Positions 55,471 to 63,643 of a stretch of DNA of 64,000 nucleotides are shown one piece after another. Where the stretch lies: positions 64,626-128,625 of IMG/VR virus record IMGVR_UViG_3300047994_000617; one strand, 5' to 3'. Every line of letters begins with the position of its first letter. Positions within the stretch are counted from its first letter, which is position 1. Made by a program: the position numbers and the translations under genes. The notes under the pieces were generated by a model that saw only the letters and a program-made list of their open reading frames with translations, was not told the origin of the DNA and did not search any database. This DNA is from a virus.

Positions 55471-57161
55471 GCCGCCCAGCGAAGCCCAAGGCGCAGAACG
55501 CGGAGGTCGTGCGTCCCAAGCGCGGAGCGCCGGCGGGCACCGTCGCCGCAGATGCGGCGAAGGACGGGAAGTGGCCGGAGGACACCCTCGGGATCCTGAC
55601 CCTGATCCAGGAGCACCAGGGATCCGGCGCGAAGAAGTGGGGCGCCAACCACGAGGGCTTGCCCCGGGCAACGATCGACCGCCTCGTGCGTGAGCAGCTC
55701 GTCCAAGAAGTCTTCATGAGCGGGCTGCCCGTGACGACGAAACATCCCCGCAAGCACTTCCCCACGCTGCTCATCACGACCGACGCCGGGGACGCGCTCG
55801 TCGCCACCGGGAACGACGGGGCCGCGGCGGTCGGGACCGCGCCAGCGCCGCCCGACGCCGATGTCCAAGAGGAGCAGCCTCCTTTGAGGGCCGCGCGCCC
55901 CGCCGGCTCTCTGGCCGCGGACGCAATCCGCTGGGCGAACCGCACCCGCGAGCAGGTGGCCCGGCTCACCGCGACCGAGCGCGAGACGTTCTACGAGATT
56001 CACGCGGCGGAGACCCTCCGTATCGCCATCCAGGCGGCCAAGAAGGCCAAGATCCCCGAGCCCGAGCGGGAACTCGTCGCGCGCGCAGCGCTGGCCTCGC
56101 ACCCCGAGCTCCGCCCCTTCCTCGAGGTCCTCCCGGCGGAGGGCAGCACGCTGCCGGGCGCGCCGGTGGTGCTCGTCGCCTGCGCCGCCCAGAAGGTCGA
56201 TACGCACGGGCAGCGCGTACCCGCGGCCGATCTCTACTCGTCCCCCCTCTTCCGCAAGAGCCTCGCCTACGCCCGCGCGATCACCTCCGAGGACAACATC
56301 CGGATCCTCTCTGCGCGGCACGGAGTGATGCGCCTCGACGACCGCATCGGGACCTACGAGACCCCGATGAGCAAGCTCAGCAAGCGCGAGAGCAGTGCGT
56401 GGGCAGAGCGGGCGCGCAACACGATCATGTCGGAGTTTGGGCACGAGCGGTCGCGTCAGGTCGTCTTCCTCGCCGGCGACGACTACGAGATCGGCCTGCC
56501 CGGGCAGTGGCTGGTGGCGCGCCCCCTGGCGGGCAAGTCGATCGGCCAGCGCCTCCACTGGCTCAACGACCAGCTCCGTGCTCTCGGGGCCTCCGAGACG
56601 CCCGCTCCCAAGGTCGCGCCGCCGCGGCGCGCACAGATCCGCCTGAATACGAAGGGACGGCCGTGGCGCGACGTCGAGGCCCTCGCCTGGAACGGCGACC
56701 TCTTCATCCACGAGGACAACGAGGACCCGGACATCCTCCGGGTGACGCACGCGCCGACCGGCCGGATGATGCCGGATCCCTTCTCGGATCTCGTATCCGC
56801 CCTGTCGTTCGCCGTAGAGCTGAACGATCCCGCCGTCCGCCCAGCGCTCGACGCGCTCATCCAGGCCACCGCGAAGCGAGGAAAGGACGCGATCACCGTT
56901 GCCGGGAGACGTCTGCGGCAGGTGCTGGACGCGAGGGAGGCTGCGCGTGGTCGCGCGGCGGCGCCGGCGCCGCTGGACGAGGCTCCGCCATCGTCCCAGC
57001 TCGCCCTCGCTCCTGATGCGCCGCCTGCACCGGCGCGGGCTCGCACGGCTGGCTTCGCCCTGCTCCGGGCCATCCCCCGTCCACCCGCCACGCCGCCGGC
57101 GCGTCTCGCCGGGTTCGCCCTACTCGCTTCCCTCCCGGCGGGGAGGTCGGCCGCCGGATGA
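55467..57161 (+). CDS. Multidomain protein with DUF6884-like domain
   Basis: VVLVACAAQK..PAADLYSSPLFRKSLAYA..ILSARHG..FLAGDDY..PLAGKSIGQRLHWL. Confidence 0.7.
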   Translation: MSRPAKPKAQNAEVVRPKRGAPAGTVAADAAKDGKWPEDTLGILTLIQEHQGSGAKKWGANHEGLPRATIDRLVREQLVQEVFMSGLPVTTKHPRKHFPTLLITTDAGDALVATGNDGAAAVGTAPAPPDADVQEEQPPLRAARPAGSLAADAIRWANRTREQVARLTATERETFYEIHAAETLRIAIQAAKKAKIPEPERELVARAALASHPELRPFLEVLPAEGSTLPGAPVVLVACAAQKVDTHGQRVPAADLYSSPLFRKSLAYARAITSEDNIRILSARHGVMRLDDRIGTYETPMSKLSKRESSAWAERARNTIMSEFGHERSRQVVFLAGDDYEIGLPGQWLVARPLAGKSIGQRLHWLNDQLRALGASETPAPKVAPPRRAQIRLNTKGRPWRDVEALAWNGDLFIHEDNEDPDILRVTHAPTGRMMPDPFSDLVSALSFAVELNDPAVRPALDALIQATAKRGKDAITVAGRRLRQVLDAREAARGRAAAPAPLDEAPPSSQLALAPDAPPAPARARTAGFALLRAIPRPPATPPARLAGFALLASLPAGRSAAG

Positions 57162-58357
57162 CCTCGGCGCGCACCGCAGGCTTCGCCCTGCTCGGGCAGC
57201 TCCCCTTTCCCGGGACGACGCCGGCGCCGACGCCTGCCCGGGCGCGGCGGGGGACGACGGGACTGCCCCAGGCCCCGACGAAGCGCCAGTTCCTGGCGCG
57301 GATGCTGATCGAGCAGTTCCCGACCCTCCGCTACGACTTCGCGCCGAGCGCGGACTTCGACACGCCCCCTGTGGACCCCCTCTCGTACGACCACATAATC
57401 GTGGCGTTCAGCGGGGGGAAGGACTCCCTCGCTCTGGTGCTGCTCCTCCTGCTCCTCGGCGTCCCCAAGGACCGGATCGAGCTCTGGCACCACGAGGTCG
57501 ACGGTGGAGAGGGCGAGGGGCCCGGCGGTCGGACCTCGACCCTCATGGACTGGCCTTGCACGCCGGCCTACTGCGCAGCCGTCGCCCAGGCCCTCGGGCT
57601 CAAGCTCTACCGCTCTTGGAAAATCGGCGGTTTCGAGATGGAGATGCGCAAGGAGAACGCGCCCACCGCGGGCTACCTCTTCGAGCGCCCGGACCGGAGC
57701 TTCGAGCGCGGGGGAGGTCCGAGCGACGACGGGACCCGACGCATGTTCCCGGCGAAGGTCGGGGACCTCGGCAAGCGCTGGTGCAGCGCCTACCTGAAGA
57801 TCATGGTCGCGGACATCATCCTCCGCAACGAGCCACGCTTCCACGGCGCGCGCACGCTGGTGCTCACCGGCGAGCGGGGCGAGGAGTCCTCGAAGCGCGA
57901 CACCTACAAGGTCTTCCAGAAGCACCGGGCCGACCTCCGTGACGGCCGGGTCCCACGTCTGATCGACCAGTGGCGCCCGGTGCTGCGCTGGCCCGAGCCC
58001 GAGGTCTGGAAGCTGATCGAGCGCTTCAAGATCAACCCGCACCCCGCGTACCACCTCGGCTGGGGGCGCGTCTCGTGCGCCGCGTGCATCTTCGGCAGCC
58101 CCAACCAGTGGGCTTCGATCCAAGCGATCAACCCGGCGCAGTTCGACCTGATCGCGGCCTACGAGGACGACTTCGGCCACACGATCGACAACCACCGAAG
58201 CGTGCGGGAGATGGCGGCGCTCGGCACCCCCTTCCCCGGGATGCAGGCCCGGCACATCCGTGCCGCACTCTCCCGCACCTACGACGAGCCCGTGTTCGTC
58301 GACCCCTGGACCCTGCCTCGAGGTGCGCTGCTCGGCGACGCATCCGGGCCCATCTGA
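57158..58357 (+). CDS. PAPS-reductase-family (PP-loop) protein of the phage/mobile DNA-modification type
   Basis: AFSGGKDS, RWCSAYLK, GERGEES..R, RPVLRW and HPAY..G.GRVSCAACIF. Confidence 0.85.
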   Translation: MTSARTAGFALLGQLPFPGTTPAPTPARARRGTTGLPQAPTKRQFLARMLIEQFPTLRYDFAPSADFDTPPVDPLSYDHIIVAFSGGKDSLALVLLLLLLGVPKDRIELWHHEVDGGEGEGPGGRTSTLMDWPCTPAYCAAVAQALGLKLYRSWKIGGFEMEMRKENAPTAGYLFERPDRSFERGGGPSDDGTRRMFPAKVGDLGKRWCSAYLKIMVADIILRNEPRFHGARTLVLTGERGEESSKRDTYKVFQKHRADLRDGRVPRLIDQWRPVLRWPEPEVWKLIERFKINPHPAYHLGWGRVSCAACIFGSPNQWASIQAINPAQFDLIAAYEDDFGHTIDNHRSVREMAALGTPFPGMQARHIRAALSRTYDEPVFVDPWTLPRGALLGDASGPI

Positions 58358-58368
58358 AGGAGCTCATC

Positions 58369-59208
58369 ATGGCCACGTTCTGGATCTACAAACGCGACGA
58401 CGACGGGCGGTGGCGCCGCTGGCCGTCCGCGACCTTCCCTGATGCGAAGGGAGCGCCCCAACACTGGAAGACCCAGGCGGCGGCGGTGACCTACGCCAAG
58501 AAGGAGATCGGCATCGACTGGAACGTGCGGCCCGCGAAGGCGCGCTACGCGAAGTCCCAGCCCCAGGATCCCAGGCCCTCGACCAGGGCGCAGAAGAAGA
58601 CCGCTTCCGCGAAGATGCGCACGAACAAGGCCCGGCAGGGCTACGTGGCCGACGGCCGGCTCGAGGGCGGCGGCGAGTACCGCTGGACGGTGAAGTTCCC
58701 GAACGCCGAGAACGCCCAAGACTTCGCCCTCGCCATCGCTCCCGAGGTCCGCAGCTTCACGGCGAAGGGCACCTCCGTCACCTTCGCGTCGAGCCCCAAC
58801 CACTGGCCCGGGACCCTCTTCGCCGCCGAGATCGAGAGATTCGGAGGGACGCACCCCTACACGCGAGACGCGGATCCCCAGCCGTCGCTGACGTTCCCCC
58901 ACGCCCGGGTCTTCTGGATCTACGTCGACGGCAAGAAGGACACGAAGGCCGGGAGGTTCGGGGCCAAGTCCTCCGACAAGGCCATCGACCTCTGGCGGAG
59001 GAAGACGGGCCGGCACGACGTCGCTGCCCACCGCCTCTCGGCGTCGCCGCTCCCGACCACCCAGGAAGAGGCGGACTGGAGGGGAGAGACCGAGCTCTCG
59101 GACGAGGCTGTCAGCGAGGAGGATCGGGCCGACTACGAGGCCGAGCTGAAGGCGAAGCGGAGCCGGGCGGCGAAGAAGACCGCCAAGGCTCCGAAGAAGC
59201 GCAGATGA
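58369..59208 (+). CDS. Basic hypothetical protein
   Basis: RBS AAGGAG; two FWIY modules. Confidence 0.65.
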   Translation: MATFWIYKRDDDGRWRRWPSATFPDAKGAPQHWKTQAAAVTYAKKEIGIDWNVRPAKARYAKSQPQDPRPSTRAQKKTASAKMRTNKARQGYVADGRLEGGGEYRWTVKFPNAENAQDFALAIAPEVRSFTAKGTSVTFASSPNHWPGTLFAAEIERFGGTHPYTRDADPQPSLTFPHARVFWIYVDGKKDTKAGRFGAKSSDKAIDLWRRKTGRHDVAAHRLSASPLPTTQEEADWRGETELSDEAVSEEDRADYEAELKAKRSRAAKKTAKAPKKRR

Positions 59209-59702
59209 TCGTCTGGCGCATCCTCGCCGACGGCGTGGACCTCGGGCTCTTCGGAGGCCGGACGGCCGCCGCCGCTCGCCAGGTGGCCGAGCGCGCCGGC
59301 AAGGTCCACCCCGGCCAGGCCGGCGTCGAGGTGCGCCCGTCGGCGATTTCGCTGGAGCTCACCCCGACCCACGACGCCGCCCTCCGCGCGATCGTCGCCC
59401 TCTACCAGGCCGCCGTGGAGAAGGAGCGCGAGCACTGGGGCGAGGCAAGCGCTGAGCGGCGCGCCGCCAAGGGGGTCGATCCCGTCCTGGTGGTGAAGAG
59501 CTACCACCGCACCCTCCACGCCCTCGCCGCGCTCGGCCTCATCACCGACCAGGCGCACCCGAAGGTCTTCGGCGAGCGTCTCCGGAAGGGCCACTGGGGC
59601 CACCGGCTCGGGGGCACGCGCACCGATCGCTACGTCCAACACATCGTGCGGCCGACGCCGCTCGGGCTCGAGTACGTCGCCCAGGAGAACCCCAAACCAT
59701 GA
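59205..59702 (+). CDS. Hypothetical protein
   Basis: ATGA coupling; N-terminal WRI..G.DLGLFGG module. Confidence 0.6.
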   Translation: MIVWRILADGVDLGLFGGRTAAAARQVAERAGKVHPGQAGVEVRPSAISLELTPTHDAALRAIVALYQAAVEKEREHWGEASAERRAAKGVDPVLVVKSYHRTLHALAALGLITDQAHPKVFGERLRKGHWGHRLGGTRTDRYVQHIVRPTPLGLEYVAQENPKP

Positions 59703-60451
59703 TCCCTCGCGGTCTTCCCACCCCTCCCCCCGGTTCGATCCTGATCGTCGACGCCTGGGCCGGGCAAGGCCAGCTCGACGTCCCCGCCCTCGTCCGCGCC
59801 GGCGCCGCGGCGATCATCGCCAAATGCACCGACGGGCTGCACCTGGACAACCCGCCGAAGGCGCTCGACGCCGAGTGGCTCCGCACCTCCCAGGCCTGCC
59901 TCGCCACGGACACGCCCCTGGCGCCCTACTGCGTGATCGAGCCCAACACCGACCCCGTCGCCCAGGTCCAGCGCGCCCTGGAGTACCTCCAGAGCCTCTA
60001 CGGCACTTGCGGGGCCCGTCTCGGACCGGTCTTCTGCGACTTCGAGCTCGCCGCGCGCGAGACCGGCGCGGCCGCCCTCCACGCAGCTCGCGTCTGGACC
60101 GACACCATGACCTCGGCCCTCGGGCGCCCCTGCGGGCTCTACACCATGCCGGCGTTCCGGGACGAGCTGGTGAAGCTCGCCGGGGGGATCAGCGGCCCCG
60201 CGGCGAACGACATCGCCGCCCTCGGCGCGCTCCCGCTCTGGCTCGCCGAGTACGGGGTGGCCGCCCCCAGGGTGCCCCGCCCGTGGTCCCGGGCGGCCTT
60301 CTGGCAGCGTTCCGGCGGTCGGGTCGCCTCTCCCCACGACTACGCCACCCTCCCCTGGCCCAACGCCCACGGGGCGGAGGTTGACGTCGACGTGAGCGTC
60401 CTCGAGGGGACCGTCGAGGACTTCCTGGCGCTCGGCCTGGAGGCTGCCTGA
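59699..60451 (+). CDS. GH25 muramidase (endolysin)
   Basis: IVDAW..Q, IAKCTDG, catalytic DFE, GLYT, LWLAEY, FWQ and VDVD. Confidence 0.8.
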   Translation: MIPRGLPTPPPGSILIVDAWAGQGQLDVPALVRAGAAAIIAKCTDGLHLDNPPKALDAEWLRTSQACLATDTPLAPYCVIEPNTDPVAQVQRALEYLQSLYGTCGARLGPVFCDFELAARETGAAALHAARVWTDTMTSALGRPCGLYTMPAFRDELVKLAGGISGPAANDIAALGALPLWLAEYGVAAPRVPRPWSRAAFWQRSGGRVASPHDYATLPWPNAHGAEVDVDVSVLEGTVEDFLALGLEAA

Positions 60452-60760
60452 GCACGAGCGACCCGATCGCCGTCGCGGCCTGCCCGGCCGGCGTAGGCGC
60501 AACGCGCGCCTCCGCTTGCGGGTCGGGCCGCTCGGGGCCGCTCTCGTCCCAGCCGCGCCGAGCCATCTCGCGGCCGTCGCAGAGCGCGCAGCGACGGACG
60601 GCCGCTGGCCGTCTGATGGCCTGCCCGCCGACCTTGGCGATCTTGTTCCTCCGACACAGCGACGTGTAGCCATCGCGCGCGCGGGCCTCGCGAACAAAGC
60701 AGCACCAGGTCCAACCGCCCGTGCTCGGCCGCCAATAGAGCTTGTCGGTGAGGCCCGTGC

Positions 60761-61081
60761 TCACGGGCCCTTCGTGGCCAGGTCGCGCAACGCGGCCACG
60801 ACGCTGAACGCGGGCCCGCCGACATCGGCCCGGCTCGCCTGATCGCGCTCCCAGCGGAGCAAGGCGAACGGCTCCGTCGGCGCCTCGGTCGTGGCGCGCG
60901 CCGCCGGCGCCGCATCTGGGGCGGCGACTGGCGCTGGCTCCGCTGGCGGCTGGCACGCCGGACAGTACCAGCGGCGGCACTGCTCCGGCCCGGTGCGCCG
61001 CCAGCCTCGCCGGCCAGCGACGCACCGGGCTGGCCCGTTGACGCCGCAGGTCGCGCACTTGGCCGGGGATACGGTGCTCAT
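60761..61081 (-). CDS. Small Zn-ribbon protein
   Basis: CATC..GW..WYCPAC; ATGA overlap. Confidence 0.5.
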   Translation of the reverse strand: MSTVSPAKCATCGVNGPARCVAGRRGWRRTGPEQCRRWYCPACQPPAEPAPVAAPDAAPAARATTEAPTEPFALLRWERDQASRADVGGPAFSVVAALRDLATKGP

Positions 61082-61758
61082 CTCTCGGGGGCGCTCCCAT
61101 CCTGTACGACCCCGAGCCTCCGGAGCACATCGGCGGCGGACCGCTGGAAGGGTTCCAGCTCGACGCCCCCGGGTAGGCTCCCAGCCCCTTCGAGCCGCCG
61201 GACGTCCGCGAGCACCCCTTGGAGCCGCCGGGCCCAGGCGTGGACGTCTGGCGCCAACGGGACGCCCGTGTCGACATCTCGCGGGTGGGTCACCCAGAGA
61301 TCGAGCCCTGCCTCCACGGCGTCGGACAGCTTGAGGTCCAACGTTGCGCACCGGACTTTCACTCTGCGGACCAGACCCTCGGAAACGTTGGCGCTGACGT
61401 GCTTCGTGCCAGCCGGCTGCTTGGTACGGGGCGCCGCCTCTGCCTCAGGCGCGGCGCGCCGCCTTGGGGCCTCGGGCAGGTCGCGAGGCTCGGGTGCCGG
61501 GCCGCGCGGGGGCGGGAGCAGAGCGACCGGCGCGGGATTCGCGGGCGGCCCCTGCTCCACCGCCGGCGCCGACGCCACGGGGGCGGGGTGGAGCTCCGCC
61601 GCGGGTTTGACCGGCTCCACCGCTGGCGGCGTCTCCGGCCCTCGCTCGGCCCGCTCGAACCTCTCCGCCGCCCGCTCCGGCACCACCGACGTCGCCGGCG
61701 GGCGCGGCAGCGTCCCGAACGAGTTCGCCAGCGTGACCTTCCTCTTCGTGCCTGCCAT
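61078..61758 (-). CDS. Partition partner (ParG-like ribbon-helix-helix)
   Basis: Downstream of parA; disordered N-terminus, then TKHVSANVSEGLVRRVKVRCATLDLKLSDAVEAGLDLW; RBS GGAGG. Confidence 0.7.
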   Translation of the reverse strand: MAGTKRKVTLANSFGTLPRPPATSVVPERAAERFERAERGPETPPAVEPVKPAAELHPAPVASAPAVEQGPPANPAPVALLPPPRGPAPEPRDLPEAPRRRAAPEAEAAPRTKQPAGTKHVSANVSEGLVRRVKVRCATLDLKLSDAVEAGLDLWVTHPRDVDTGVPLAPDVHAWARRLQGVLADVRRLEGAGSLPGGVELEPFQRSAADVLRRLGVVQDGSAPER

Positions 61759-62413
61759 CGCTTCCTCCGTCCACCGCGCGGAGCACCGCGCGGAGCAGCT
61801 TCTTCACCTCGGTCGCCGCGTCGCTCGCCGGCTCGCTGACGACCACCCCGAGGCCCGTCGCCATGGCCTCACCGAACGCGACACGGTCGCCCAGTTGCCC
61901 AAGCAACGGGGCGTCCGCCTTCTTCGACAGCTTCTGCAGCGCCACCCGCGTCTCGTGCGTCAAGCCCGTCCCCCTGGCGCGGTTCAGCACGAGGCCCGCC
62001 CGGATCTCCGGGCGGAGTCCGCGGGCCTCCTCCAGGGCCTGCAGCGTGGTCCGGAGGGCCCAGACGTCGGCGACGCCGGGCGTGACGGGGAGGATGACCA
62101 GGTGGGCGGCGAGCATCGCCCCCCGGCACTTCGCGCCGAGCCGCGCCGACGTATCCAGGATGGCGACGTCGAACGCCGAGGTCACCGCCGGGAGGTCTTT
62201 CCGGAGGTTCTCGCGCAACGCGACGACTGGAGGCCCGTCGACTTCGGCCTTGGCGGCGACGCCGGCCCACCGGCCGAGGGTGCGCTGGCCGTCCGTATCC
62301 ACGAGGACGACCTTGTGGCCCGCGGCGTGGAGCGCGGCGGCGAGGTTGAGGGCGATCGTCGACTTCCCGACGCCGCCTTTGAGGTTGGCGATCGCGATGA
62401 TGATGGTTGGCAC
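61445..62413 (-). CDS. parA: ParA family Walker-type partition ATPase
   Basis: NLKGGVGKST, VDTDGQ, ILDT, ILPVTP..D, VLNR and FGEAMATGLGV. The frame runs about 100 aa into the partner gene. Confidence 0.9.
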   Translation of the reverse strand: MPTIIIAIANLKGGVGKSTIALNLAAALHAAGHKVVLVDTDGQRTLGRWAGVAAKAEVDGPPVVALRENLRKDLPAVTSAFDVAILDTSARLGAKCRGAMLAAHLVILPVTPGVADVWALRTTLQALEEARGLRPEIRAGLVLNRARGTGLTHETRVALQKLSKKADAPLLGQLGDRVAFGEAMATGLGVVVSEPASDAATEVKKLLRAVLRAVDGGSDGRHEEEGHAGELVRDAAAPAGDVGGAGAGGGEVRAGRARAGDAASGGAGQTRGGAPPRPRGVGAGGGAGAARESRAGRSAPAPARPGTRASRPARGPKAARRA

Positions 62414-62434
62414 CGCCGACCACTACACCACCGC

Positions 62435-62546
62435 GTAGCAGCGCGCCAGCCCGGCAGCCTGCCGGCGCAACAGGCTAGCAGGCCGCTGCGCTTCTACGCT
62501 GCTAGCCCGGCAGGCTGCTTCGCTAGCAGCGTAGCAGCCGCACATC
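62435..62546. promoter_or_regulatory. Candidate centromere/operator (parH-like) with CAG[CG] boxes every 8 bp
   Basis: CAGC/CAGG at 62439, 62447, 62455, 62471, 62479, 62511, 62527 and 62535, immediately upstream of parA. Confidence 0.6.
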
Positions 62547-62754
62547 ACGCGGCGTCGCGCTACATATCAACGCCTAAAGCACAAGGACAAACACGCGATG
62601 CACGGGCCGAATCGACGGCCCGTAGCGCCCTGAACCGTCACTGACCGGACCTTCCATCACGCCCGACATATTCAAAAGGACCGATTTGTGTATGATCGGA
62701 CCATGACGCCGGGCGCCGTCTCAATGACGCACAGCGCCAGCCGGCGCTTGGTCG

Positions 62755-62791
62755 CGGGTGATAAGCAAATCGGGTCGCGCCGTTCTTGTTG
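62755..62791 (+). promoter_or_regulatory. Partial third copy of the conserved intergenic element
   Basis: ATAAGCAAATCGGGTCGCGCCG..CTTGTTG upstream of the recombinase. Confidence 0.5.
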
Positions 62792-62875
62792 ACGAAGGCA
62801 TTGGATCATGCTGGGTAGTGCCGCGTTGGGGCAATTTGCCATCCATGGATCGCTCTGGCTCGTGGAGCTTGCTCG

Positions 62876-63643
62876 GTGAGCGCCAGCCCCAATCGAACGC
62901 GCCTGGTCGGCTACATCCGGGTCTCCACGGAGCGCCAGGCCAGGCGCCGCAGCGCCGCCGACCGCCAGGCCGAGGATGGGGTTTCCCTCGAGGCCCAGCG
63001 GACCCGGCTTGTGGCCTACTCGGTCGCCATGGACGTCGAGCTCGTCACCATCATCGACGACCCCGGGAAGAGCGCCAAGTCGCTGAACCGGCCGGGGATG
63101 GTCCGAGCGCTGGCCATGCTCGAGGCGGGCGAGGCGGATGGGCTGCTCATCCCCAAGCTCGACCGGCTCACCCGGAGCGTGCGGGACCTGGGCGACCTCG
63201 TGGAGCGCTACTTCGCCAGCCGCTTCGCCCTCGTTTCGGTGGGGGACTCGATCGACACCCGGAGCGCCTCGGGGCGCCTCGTGCTCAACGTCCTGGTGTC
63301 CGTCGCCCAGTGGGAGCGCGAGGCCGGCGCCGAGCGTACCCGCGAGGCCCTGGCGCAGGTGAAGGCCGAGGGAGGGAGGATCGGGAGGCCTGGGCTCGGG
63401 TGGACACGGACCGAGGACCTCGACGAACACGGACGGCGCGCCGTGGTGGCCGATCCTGCGGAAGCCAAGACGGTCGCGCGCATCCAGGAGCTCCGCCACG
63501 AGAGGTTCTCGCTGATGCAGATCGCCACCACGCTCACGGACGAGGGACACCGGACGAAGCGGGGTGGAGAGTGGTACCCGTCGACGGTGCGGAGCGTGCT
63601 CGCCCGGGAGGGCGGAGTCCCGTCGCCGGTAGGCGTCCCTTGA
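62876..63643 (+). CDS. Serine recombinase (resolvase/invertase catalytic domain + short C-terminal DNA-binding domain)
   Basis: GYIRVST, SLEAQ, RPG, KLDRLTRS, IDT.SASGRL, AQWERE and W.PSTVRSVL. Confidence 0.92.
   Translation: MSASPNRTRLVGYIRVSTERQARRRSAADRQAEDGVSLEAQRTRLVAYSVAMDVELVTIIDDPGKSAKSLNRPGMVRALAMLEAGEADGLLIPKLDRLTRSVRDLGDLVERYFASRFALVSVGDSIDTRSASGRLVLNVLVSVAQWEREAGAERTREALAQVKAEGGRIGRPGLGWTRTEDLDEHGRRAVVADPAEAKTVARIQELRHERFSLMQIATTLTDEGHRTKRGGEWYPSTVRSVLAREGGVPSPVGVP

Noticed and set aside
57158-58357. cysH / sulfate assimilation or a full Dnd phosphorothioate system
   Set aside because: No cys or dndBDE/ssp neighbours; the context is viral, so only the superfamily is called.
60189-60764. 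Cys-rich minus-strand ORF starting at GTG 60764
   Set aside because: The N-terminal half looks plausible, but the frame overlaps the convergent GH25 gene by about 260 bp, so its limits cannot be supported.
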